From: Spirochaetia bacterium
GTDB taxonomy: Bacteria > Spirochaetota > Spirochaetia > CADAEX01
Assembly: GCA_024402405.1 (NCBI GenBank)
Contig: JAKSTW010000004.1
Coordinates: 6,253-70,252, forward strand
Direction of reading: 5' to 3'
Length of the DNA stretch: 64,000 bases
The notes beneath the pieces were generated by a model. That model made no database searches. It was not told the DNA's origin and saw only the letters and a list, made by a program, of their open reading frames with translations. The position numbers and the translations under genes were made by a program. Shown here one piece after another: positions 56,024-64,000 of this stretch (positions are counted from its first letter, which is position 1; the number at the start of each line of letters is the position of its first letter).

Positions 56024-57709
56024 TTATTTCCTTAAATTAACATCATATATACTATAACCTAAAAATTCCCTCAGGATTGAATCAAATGGAACCAATATTG
56101 AAGGCATTCTCAGAAAGTTCTTAAGCAGATACTGCAGTCTTCTGGCAGTCATATATTCTGGCTGATCTGGTTTGACGGACATGAGCAGAGGAGTTGCTAT
56201 TGGTCCCAGGATGGCAAGCTCGTAATCAAGAGCTGAGTTGAATGCCATATCTGCATTACTCTGGAATGGGAAGATATTCTTGTCCTCTCCCTTCCTGACT
56301 GCTTCCCACATAGAAAGTGTTGTAGTGGCAGAATTGCCTCTGGTCTTATAGTCTCTGACCAGACGGCGTATAAGTCTGTTGTCTGTGGTATGGATCCTGT
56401 TGTGGTCATCCAGATTCAGCTGTGTCAATGCTGATATATAGATCTTGAATTTGTTTTCTTTCGGAATATTATAAGTGAGTTTATCATTCAGGCCGTGGAT
56501 GCCTTCAACCAGCAGGATCGAGTTTGGCTCTGCCTTCAGCCTGGTACCCTTGTATTCTCTCAGACCTGTGATAAAGTTATAGGTAGGAATATTTATCTCT
56601 TTACCTTTGAAGAAATTATTAAGATCTTTGTTCAGCAGTTCTATATCTATGGCTTCTATGCATTCAAAATCATAATTGCCGTTCTCATCTTTAGGTGTCT
56701 CCAGCTTTGGAACAAAATAGTCATCCAGAGAAAGCTGCTGTGGCTTGAAACCCAGTATCTGAAGCTGTGTGGAGAGCCTCTTGATGAAGGTTGTCTTTCC
56801 GGAAGATGAAGGCCCGGCTATCATTATGACTTTGACTGTGCCTTTTCTTGAATATATCTCTTCCGCAATGATGGCGATCTTTTTTGTCTGCAGCACCTCA
56901 CTCATAAGGATGATATCTCTTTCATGACCTGCAGCGATATGAGCGTTTAACTCGCCTACATTGCTGAAATTCTGTAAGGTCGCTCTCATTCTGTATTCCT
57001 TGAAAATGGATGTAAGTACCGGAATATCCTTGAAAATAGGAATTTTATCTATGGTTCCTTCTTTTGGAAACTGAACCAGAAAACCAATATTGTAGCACAT
57101 GAATTTATAATGAGACAGATATTTGGTGGATGGAATCATAGGACCATGGGCTAGGTCAGAGTAATTCCTGCATTTTGAAATACGGATTATAGGTGAATTT
57201 GTATATTGCAGAAGCATGGCCGCACCATCTATTTTCTGGGTCCTGAAAAGTTCTTCAGCTTCAGAATAGGCAAGCTGAGACTGAATTATCGGCTCGTCTT
57301 TTTCTACTATTTCTGAAAATTTCTCATCAAGAAGCGACAGGTCATCAGCACTTACATCCATGATATGTTCAAAATAAAAAGTATAGCAGTCGCCTATGGT
57401 GTTGCCCACTATGAGCTTACGGTCCGGAAACACCTCTTTTGCCACCATTGCCAGTATGAAACAGAATGTGTGCCTGTATATATCGCTTCCGATCTTTGAA
57501 TCAAGATAGATTGGTTCCACAACAGAGTTTACGATCAGCCGGTAATGGATTCCTCCCGGTATATTGTTTATTTTTATACCTACCAGAGTGCGGTCCTTGT
57601 CAATTATGTTCAGTCCTTTCGCCGCATCGATGGCTTTTATTCCCAATGTGAATTTCTTTGAATTTCCATTTATATCCGAAACTGTAATTTCTTTTAATAA
57701 ATCAGACAT
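56024..57709 (-). CDS. uridine kinase / phosphoribulokinase-family kinase fused to ThrRS-like N-terminal (TGS-type) domains
   Basis: P-loop IAGPSSSGKTTF in the C-terminal half. About 270-aa N-terminal extension. Confidence 0.6.
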   Translation of the reverse strand: MSDLLKEITVSDINGNSKKFTLGIKAIDAAKGLNIIDKDRTLVGIKINNIPGGIHYRLIVNSVVEPIYLDSKIGSDIYRHTFCFILAMVAKEVFPDRKLIVGNTIGDCYTFYFEHIMDVSADDLSLLDEKFSEIVEKDEPIIQSQLAYSEAEELFRTQKIDGAAMLLQYTNSPIIRISKCRNYSDLAHGPMIPSTKYLSHYKFMCYNIGFLVQFPKEGTIDKIPIFKDIPVLTSIFKEYRMRATLQNFSNVGELNAHIAAGHERDIILMSEVLQTKKIAIIAEEIYSRKGTVKVIMIAGPSSSGKTTFIKRLSTQLQILGFKPQQLSLDDYFVPKLETPKDENGNYDFECIEAIDIELLNKDLNNFFKGKEINIPTYNFITGLREYKGTRLKAEPNSILLVEGIHGLNDKLTYNIPKENKFKIYISALTQLNLDDHNRIHTTDNRLIRRLVRDYKTRGNSATTTLSMWEAVRKGEDKNIFPFQSNADMAFNSALDYELAILGPIATPLLMSVKPDQPEYMTARRLQYLLKNFLRMPSILVPFDSILREFLGYSIYDVNLRK

Positions 57710-57805
57710 ATCAGTTCTCCTAACCGTTCTGAAGTATAATTCCTATTATATGCTGTTGTCAAATGAGGTGATTTTAGATATTCTTTTTACCATAAAGGGA
57801 GAAGT

Positions 57806-59740
57806 ATGAAAAAGAATCTTACCAGAAAAATAATTGAAAGACACCTCGTTTCCGGAGAAATGACTGCCGGAAAGGAGATCGGAATAAAAATAGATCAGAC
57901 ACTGACACAGGATGCTACAGGAACAATGGTATACCTGCAGTTCGAGGCCATAGGAATAAAGAGAGTCAGAACAGAACTTTCTGTATCTTATGTGGATCAT
58001 AACACGATTCAGACAGACTTCAAAAATCCTGATGACCATCTTTTCCTGCAGAGCTTTGCAAAGAAATATGGTCTTTATTTTTCACGGCCAGGCAATGGGA
58101 TCTGCCACCAGGTGCATCTGGAGAGATTCGGACTTCCTGGCAAGACACTGCTGGGTTCTGATTCACACACACCTACGGGCGGCGGTCTGGGAATGCTGGC
58201 TATAGGTGCCGGCGGACTTGATATTGCCTGTGCCATGGCCGGAGCTCCGTTCACACTGACTATGCCGAAAGTTATAGGTATCCATCTGACCGGTGCTCTC
58301 CAGCCTATGTGCAGTGCCAAGGATGTGATTCTGGAATTGCTGCGCCGCTGTACTGTCAAGAACGGTGTGGGCAAGGTGTTCGAGTATTACGGCGAGGGCG
58401 TTAAGACCCTTTCTGTGCCTCAGCGTGCCACAATAACCAATATGGGCGCCGAGCTGGGTGTCACAACTTCTGTTTTCCCAAGCGATGAGATCACACGTGA
58501 ATGGCTGAAACTTCAGGAACGTGAGTCTGGCTGGGTGGAACTTAAGGGCGATGAGGGCTGCAGCTATGACGAGATCATCGAGATCGACCTGAATAAGATC
58601 GAGCCTATGGTGGCACAGCCGCATATGCCTGACCTGGTCGTTCCTGTGCGTGAGATCGAGGGTAAGCCTATTGTACAGGCTGCCATCGGATCATGTACAA
58701 ACTCATCAATAAATGATCTTGGTATTGCAGCTGATATTCTGGATGGACGGACAGTGGCTCCGAATGTATCTCTCGGGGTATCTCCGGGATCCAAGCAGGT
58801 TTATACCAGCGCCATTGAGGCCGGCATCATAAAGAAGCTGGTCAAAAGCGGCGCCAGAATTCTGGAGAGTGCGTGCGGACCTTGCATCGGAATGGGATTT
58901 GCTCCTGCTTCCAAGGGTGCCAGCATAAGAACTTTCAACAGAAACTTCAAGGGACGCAGCGGTACAGCTGATGCTGAGATCTATCTGGCATCTCCGGAGA
59001 CTGCTGCTGCATCGGCACTTTTCGGATGCATTACAGACCCTAGAAAAGTTCCGGTGAAGATGACAGATTATACATCAAAGACTGAGATCAATGACAATAT
59101 GATCATTCCTCCTGCTCCTGCAGATAAATTTGACAGTCTTGAAATCATCAGAGGACCTAACATCAAGCCTTGTCCTAAGGCTGTGCCTGCTCCTGCTGAG
59201 TTTGAGGCTGAGATTCTCATCAAGACAGGGGATAATATCACCACTGACCATATCATGCCTGCCGGAACCAGAGTTCTTCCATACCGTTCCAACATTCCGG
59301 AGATCGCAAAGTTCGTATTCGAGGCAGTAAGTCCTGGATTCTATGACAGGGCAAAAAAGGCAGGAACAGGTGTCATCATTGGAGGTGAGAACTATGGACA
59401 GGGTTCTTCCCGTGAACATGCGGCGCTGGCACCTATGTATCTTGGTGTCAAGGCTGTCATAACAAAGAGCTTTGCCAGAATACACAAAGCCAACCTGGTG
59501 AATTTCGGTATTGCACCTCTCACTTTTGAAAATCCTGCTGACTATGATCTGCTGGAACAGGGAATGAGTCTTTATTTCCCAAGCTTCATGGATGATATCA
59601 GAAATGGAAAGAGGGTGAAGGCTGTGGACAGAAAGAGCGGCCGTGAATTCTATTTCCTCCATGATCTCGAGGAGAAGGGTGTGAGCCTTATTGAGGCTGG
59701 CGGAATGCTGAACTACATTTTCAAGAGGCAGAATGGCTGA
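57806..59740 (+). CDS. aconitate hydratase (aconitase-family, about 640-aa single-chain form)
   Basis: Fe-S ligand regions (SDSHTPTGGGLGMLAIGAGG; CGPCIGM) and a swivel domain (GDNITTDHIMPAG...SSREHAALAP). Confidence 0.78.
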   Translation: MKKNLTRKIIERHLVSGEMTAGKEIGIKIDQTLTQDATGTMVYLQFEAIGIKRVRTELSVSYVDHNTIQTDFKNPDDHLFLQSFAKKYGLYFSRPGNGICHQVHLERFGLPGKTLLGSDSHTPTGGGLGMLAIGAGGLDIACAMAGAPFTLTMPKVIGIHLTGALQPMCSAKDVILELLRRCTVKNGVGKVFEYYGEGVKTLSVPQRATITNMGAELGVTTSVFPSDEITREWLKLQERESGWVELKGDEGCSYDEIIEIDLNKIEPMVAQPHMPDLVVPVREIEGKPIVQAAIGSCTNSSINDLGIAADILDGRTVAPNVSLGVSPGSKQVYTSAIEAGIIKKLVKSGARILESACGPCIGMGFAPASKGASIRTFNRNFKGRSGTADAEIYLASPETAAASALFGCITDPRKVPVKMTDYTSKTEINDNMIIPPAPADKFDSLEIIRGPNIKPCPKAVPAPAEFEAEILIKTGDNITTDHIMPAGTRVLPYRSNIPEIAKFVFEAVSPGFYDRAKKAGTGVIIGGENYGQGSSREHAALAPMYLGVKAVITKSFARIHKANLVNFGIAPLTFENPADYDLLEQGMSLYFPSFMDDIRNGKRVKAVDRKSGREFYFLHDLEEKGVSLIEAGGMLNYIFKRQNG

Positions 59741-60968
59741 TTCTGAGAGAGAAAGGATAATCAGATATCTTGATCAGTCTTTCACAGAGCCGGTGAGGGA
59801 TCCTGTCTGGGGAAATATAATGTTCTCCAGGGATTTCAGGGAAATAATATCATCACCGGTTCTGCAGAAAATGAACAGGATCAGACAGCTGGGGCCAACC
59901 TATCTGGTTTATCCGGGGGCAGTGCATACCAGATTCAACCACAGTCTGGGAGTCTATCATATAGGCTATCGGATAATCCGGCAGCTGCTGACTTTCAGTG
60001 TGTGTCCTGAGCTGAGCCTTGACGGTGTCCGAGGATTCCTATGTGCCTGCCTTCTTCATGATCTGGGACATTTTCCGTATACACATTCACTGAAGGAACT
60101 TCCGCTGAAAGAACATGAGGTCCTGACTGGTGAATATATTATGGCAGAGCCGCTGAAAAGCCTGATCGGGAGAGCTTTGGAAATCGATCCTTATATTCCT
60201 GCATCCATAGTGGATGAGAATCTGAAAACAGACAGTCGGGAAATTCACTTCTTCAGAAATATACTTTCAGGAGTTCTGGATCCTGACAAGCTTGATTATC
60301 TGACCAGGGATGCCTGGTTCTGCGGTGTTCCTTATGGAACCCAGGATATAGATTTTGTGATAAGTGCCATTTATCCTCATCCTGAATGCGGCATAAGCAT
60401 TCTTCCTGCCGGAATACCGGCTGTGGAGAACATACTGTTCTCAAAATATCTTATGTACAGGACTGTCTATTGGCATAAGACTGTACGGTGTGCTACTGGA
60501 ATGATAAAAAAAGCCATAATCAGGGCGTTGGATGATGGAAGTCTGAATCCCGAGCAGCTGTATGGTCTGGATGACGAGTCTCTGTTTCAGACATGCAGCG
60601 GAAAACTTTTCAGAATGGTGCATGAACGGCAGCTGTACAAGATGGTGTCTGAAACAGTTTTTGATGATTCAGATCCTGTGCATGTCTCTCTCATGGACCT
60701 GCAGAGACGGAGCGAGCTGGAAGAAAAAATCGTGGATGATATCAGAAATCAGGGGATTTCCTGTGATGACGATTCTGTTTTCATAGATGTGCCTGAGCGA
60801 ATAAATTTTGAGACTTCATTGCCTGTATTTGAGAATGGCAGCTTCAGGACATTCTCTGGCAGCAGAGGGCTTGAGAATTTTTCCAGATCACTGCGTATGC
60901 TCAGGGTGTTTGCTGCTCCTGAAGTTGCAGAACAGTTGAAAAAGATCAAGGATATCAGATGGATCTGA
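59733..60968 (+). CDS. HD-domain phosphohydrolase, SAMHD1/dGTPase-like (core paralogue)
   Basis: TRFNHSLGV, LLHDLGHFPYTH and DPDKLDYLTRD motifs. 411 aa. Confidence 0.65.
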   Translation: MADSERERIIRYLDQSFTEPVRDPVWGNIMFSRDFREIISSPVLQKMNRIRQLGPTYLVYPGAVHTRFNHSLGVYHIGYRIIRQLLTFSVCPELSLDGVRGFLCACLLHDLGHFPYTHSLKELPLKEHEVLTGEYIMAEPLKSLIGRALEIDPYIPASIVDENLKTDSREIHFFRNILSGVLDPDKLDYLTRDAWFCGVPYGTQDIDFVISAIYPHPECGISILPAGIPAVENILFSKYLMYRTVYWHKTVRCATGMIKKAIIRALDDGSLNPEQLYGLDDESLFQTCSGKLFRMVHERQLYKMVSETVFDDSDPVHVSLMDLQRRSELEEKIVDDIRNQGISCDDDSVFIDVPERINFETSLPVFENGSFRTFSGSRGLENFSRSLRMLRVFAAPEVAEQLKKIKDIRWI

Positions 60969-61726
60969 AAGATATCGAAGATATGCAGCCATGGCTCATG
61001 CGTATCGTGAAAGAGACCGGGCGGGGAATCAACCGTTTTGATATGATCGGAGACGGTGACAAAGTGCTGCTGGCTATATCCGGAGGGAAAGATTCCCTGG
61101 CCTTGGCTTTCACTCTGGCTGTGCGTCAGAAGTGGCTGCCTATAAAATACCAGCTCCATGCCATGCGCATTGACTGGAACCAGTATCCTATGCCGGAAGA
61201 GCACGACCGGAAAATGGCAGAGTTCTTTGACCTGCTTAAGATCCCGTACCATGTGGAGCACGCTGATATGTTTCCTCCGTCTTTCAGAGGTGATTTCAAC
61301 TGCTATCTCTGTGCCCGAAACCGGAAAAGGATGCTTTTTGACAAGGCTGCTGAGCTGGGATTTTCAAAAATAGCCACCGGACACCACATGGATGATATTG
61401 TAGCCACCACTCTCATCAATCTGTGCTACCGGGGAAATTTTTCTACCATGATGCCTGTACAGCAGTTTTTCAGTGGCAAGCTGACACTGATCCGTCCTAT
61501 GTGCATGGTGCATGAGTCCAAGATCAGACTTATGGCAGAACGTCTTGCATTTCCGGTATATAACACAGACTGTCCGTTCAAAGAGACAAATATGCGGCTG
61601 AAGATAAGGCCTATAATAAATATGCTGTCCCAGGACAACCGGCGTCTCCGTGAGCATATCTTTGAGGCACCGTGGAACATCAACGAGGAGTATCTGCCCG
61701 GGAATCTGGGAAAAGGAGAAAAATAG
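60959..61726 (+). CDS. PP-loop ATPase of the TtcA/TilS family (tRNA thiolation/modification)
   Basis: SGGKDS PP-loop and CYLCARNRKR Cys pair. 255 aa. Confidence 0.65.
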   Translation: MDLKDIEDMQPWLMRIVKETGRGINRFDMIGDGDKVLLAISGGKDSLALAFTLAVRQKWLPIKYQLHAMRIDWNQYPMPEEHDRKMAEFFDLLKIPYHVEHADMFPPSFRGDFNCYLCARNRKRMLFDKAAELGFSKIATGHHMDDIVATTLINLCYRGNFSTMMPVQQFFSGKLTLIRPMCMVHESKIRLMAERLAFPVYNTDCPFKETNMRLKIRPIINMLSQDNRRLREHIFEAPWNINEEYLPGNLGKGEK

Positions 61727-62904
61727 ATTTGGAAAAGAAGAGACTGATTTCTGACGGAGCTGTTCTTTCTGCCCTTCATATGGTGAATGATGGGTATCTG
61801 GCCTGTCTGCCGCTGTTTCTTCCATTCATATCTGAAAGTATTGCCATTTCACTTTCTCAGGCTGGTTTCCTGGGAAGTGTACTCCACCTGTCCAGCATCC
61901 TGCTGGCATTTCCTGCAGCGTTCTTGGGGGCACGGTTGGGAAGTTTCCATACTCTGGGTTATGCCGCGCTGTTTACTTTTCTCTCTTATATTCTTATGTT
62001 CTTTGCCAGAAACTATGACTGGATCCTTGCGGCATTTCTGGCAGGCAGTCTGGGATTCGGTGTGTTCCATCCTGTGGCATTTGCTGCGGTGGCCAAGACC
62101 AGCGATTCAAAGCTGGGGACAAAAATGGGAAATTTCACTGCCAATGGTGATATAGGACGTATCGCTCTTTCAGCATTGCTGACATTTCTCATTGCCAGAA
62201 TCTCATGGGGAAATACAGCCTTGGTATATTCTTTCCTGCCTCTGCTGTGTGGCCTTGCAATTCTGCTGTGCGGACGGTACAGACATGAGGCTGTGCTTGC
62301 TGATGGTGCAGCCAGGAAGGGAAAACAGAAAATTTTTGTCATCCCTGGCAAGCGTCTGGCACTTCTTTTTGCAGTCATTTTTACTGATGGTTTTGCAGTT
62401 GCATCATTGTTTCTGTTCCTGCCATTCCTTTTTCAGTCCAAGGGTTTTGACACAGCCATAATAGGTTCTCTCACCGGTGTTTTCTTCATAGGAAATTATC
62501 TGGGCAAGATGGTGTGCGGCAGGATAGTAGAGCTGAAAGGGGTCAAAAAAGTGTTCCTGTGTGCTGAGTTCTGTCTGGCTCTCACGGTATTCAGCCTCTC
62601 ATTTGTTGACAATATGTATCTGCTGATCGTGCTGCTGGTGGTCATGGGAATCCTTTCCAAAGGGACAGTGCCGGTGCTCAGCACATTCCTGGCTGATACT
62701 GCCAAAGAGATGGGAGTCAATATAGACGGTGTCTATTCAATGTATTCATTTATCCTGGGGATTGCAGAGACTGTGTCGCCGCTGGTGCTGGGCATGGTGG
62801 CCGCATCTTTCGGAATAGGAAAAATGTTTATTGTATGCTCTGTGATCTCTGCCTGCACTGTGATGCTGGGACTGTTCCTGACAGAACCGGAGAATGACAA
62901 ATAA
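61672..62904 (+). CDS. MFS transporter
   Basis: 12 TM. The ORF-track start overlaps the upstream gene. True start likely a downstream TTG or ATG (around 61729-61780). Confidence 0.55.
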   Translation: MEHQRGVSARESGKRRKIDLEKKRLISDGAVLSALHMVNDGYLACLPLFLPFISESIAISLSQAGFLGSVLHLSSILLAFPAAFLGARLGSFHTLGYAALFTFLSYILMFFARNYDWILAAFLAGSLGFGVFHPVAFAAVAKTSDSKLGTKMGNFTANGDIGRIALSALLTFLIARISWGNTALVYSFLPLLCGLAILLCGRYRHEAVLADGAARKGKQKIFVIPGKRLALLFAVIFTDGFAVASLFLFLPFLFQSKGFDTAIIGSLTGVFFIGNYLGKMVCGRIVELKGVKKVFLCAEFCLALTVFSLSFVDNMYLLIVLLVVMGILSKGTVPVLSTFLADTAKEMGVNIDGVYSMYSFILGIAETVSPLVLGMVAASFGIGKMFIVCSVISACTVMLGLFLTEPENDK

Positions 62905-62983
62905 AGTACCGGATGTTATTTACGCGATTCTCTGATTTGAAGTATAGTGTGTTAGATCAATATACTTACAGGAGCGTGAAATC

Positions 62984-63433
62984 ATGAAAAAAGCAATTAT
63001 TGTTTTGATGTGTGTATCAGTATTATTTATTCTCAGCGGATGCTGTACTTCTGCCAAAGAGGTTATATCCACAGAAAATGCACCGGCTGCAATAGGTCCT
63101 TACAATCAGGCCATTGTATATGGTGACACTGTTTATTGTTCAGGTCAGATCGCCATTGATCCTAAGACCAATGAATTTATCGGCGGCGATATAGTTGCCC
63201 AGACTAACCGTGTGTTTGAGAATATCAGGGGACTGCTGGCTGCCTGCGGAAGCGGCATGGATAAGGTCGTCAAATGCGATGTTTATCTGAAGGATATCAA
63301 TGACTTTGCGACAATGAATGAGATATATGCCTCATACTTCGAGGGATGTGATTATCCTGCCCGCAGTGCCATGGAAGTTGCGAACCTTCCGAAGGGAGCA
63401 CTGATAGAAATAGAGGTTGTGGCAACAAGATAA
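62984..63433 (+). CDS. RidA/YjgF-family (enamine/imine deaminase) protein with signal peptide and lipobox
   Basis: Mature part AIGPYNQAIVYGDTVYCSGQIAIDP...PARSAMEVANLPKGALIEIEVVA is classic RidA. Preceded by MKKAIIVLMCVSVLFILSGC. Confidence 0.75.
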   Translation: MKKAIIVLMCVSVLFILSGCCTSAKEVISTENAPAAIGPYNQAIVYGDTVYCSGQIAIDPKTNEFIGGDIVAQTNRVFENIRGLLAACGSGMDKVVKCDVYLKDINDFATMNEIYASYFEGCDYPARSAMEVANLPKGALIEIEVVATR

Positions 63434-63469
63434 AAGCCGGGAGATACCGGATAGAAACGGCTGGAAGCT

Positions 63470-64000
63470 ATGAAGAAAAACGCAGGAATCATATTTATCA
63501 TAATAGTGGCTCTGGTGCTTATATCGGTATTTCTTTGTGTCAATGACAGAGAATATGACGGAACATCTGTCCGGATTGAGAATGTCACAGTTCTCAGTCT
63601 GTCGGGAACATGGTTTGAGATGGGCCGACAGTATGGCAATCTTGCCAGGAAGCAGCTGACTGATGTATTTGCTTTCTGTACCAGCATGATCGAGATCAAA
63701 GAGGGAAATGCTGACAGAACGTCAGAGATCGTAGCCCGGCAGGTTGAGCAGATGCCGTATACCATCAGGGAGTTTTTCCGTGGAGCTTCGGAGACATCGG
63801 GACTTACAGCAGACCAGCTGTATATTGTGAATGCTGTTGAACGAATAGCCGGATTGCCGCAGCACTGCAGTATGGCTGCAGTCTGGGGTGATTATGCTGA
63901 GAAACAGATGATCGTGGGCCGCAACTATGATTACGGAGATATCTTTTCCAGACTGCATGATGATATAATGGTCACTGTCTTCAACCCGGCGGACGGAGCG
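63470..64000 (+). CDS. Ntn-hydrolase, C45/acyltransferase-like family (putative), 5' partial (runs off window)
   Basis: Open frame with GGAAG RBS and signal-peptide-like N-terminus. QHCSMAAVWG segment resembles the autoprocessing Cys region of C45/AAT-family proteins. Not in ORF track because it has no stop. Confidence 0.4.
   Translation, partial: MKKNAGIIFIIIVALVLISVFLCVNDREYDGTSVRIENVTVLSLSGTWFEMGRQYGNLARKQLTDVFAFCTSMIEIKEGNADRTSEIVARQVEQMPYTIREFFRGASETSGLTADQLYIVNAVERIAGLPQHCSMAAVWGDYAEKQMIVGRNYDYGDIFSRLHDDIMVTVFNPADGA

Noticed and set aside
63352-63765. 137-aa minus-strand ORF
   Set aside because: It is antisense to the 3' end of the RidA gene and to the better-supported plus-strand partial Ntn-hydrolase-like ORF. 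It has no motifs.
1-64000. CRISPR arrays, rRNA genes, IS elements
   Set aside because: No regularly spaced direct repeats and no transposase-like or rRNA-like sequence were seen in a manual scan.

Overview
This 64-kb window looks like chromosomal DNA from an anaerobic bacterium with roughly 45% GC. Several features point weakly to a spirochete (Treponema-like) origin: an rpmF-acpP-rnc arrangement without fab genes, a BspA-type leucine-rich-repeat lipoprotein, a secreted cyclophilin-FKBP fusion, and a short MetH with a separate reactivation-domain gene.

Most of the window is core metabolism and housekeeping. It includes trxA, a tRNA-Ser/Ser/Arg cluster, era, Hsp20, metH, htpG, adk, tRNA-Leu, hydE, a hydantoinase-carbamoylase pair, a rex-serC-serA operon, nth, tRNA-Pro, rlmKL, coaD-rpmF-acpP-rnc, asparaginase, slyD and aconitase.

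Two regions stand out as possible undescribed systems.

1. An AT-rich island of about 5 kb (about 12.3-17.2 kb) carries a three-gene plus-strand operon: a small hydrophobic protein, a SAMHD1/dGTPase-type HD dNTP triphosphohydrolase with a long repeat-containing C-terminal extension, and a 240-aa unknown. It sits convergent to a gamma-class N6-adenine methyltransferase plus an XRE regulator. This looks like a defence island, with a possible nucleotide-depletion module coupled to a restriction-modification-like module.

2. A tightly coupled minus-strand operon (47.66-52.28 kb) encodes a 2[4Fe-4S] ferredoxin, a duplicated ECF-type ATPase, a fused ECF T/S transmembrane protein, an RsbW-like GHKL kinase and a non-canonical [FeFe]-hydrogenase-like protein. 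The last protein has altered H-cluster motifs and an RnfB-like C-terminal Cys motif, which suggests a sensor rather than a catalytic hydrogenase.

Four other regulatory or structural signals are worth a second look. A sigma-54-type promoter with an upstream inverted repeat precedes Hsp20. A near-perfect Rex operator sits just upstream of rex-serC-serA. A 22-bp exact direct repeat flanks an XRE-plus-BspA-LRR cassette. A candidate 28-aa highly basic small gene, with RBS and terminator, lies in a 494-bp intergenic region.
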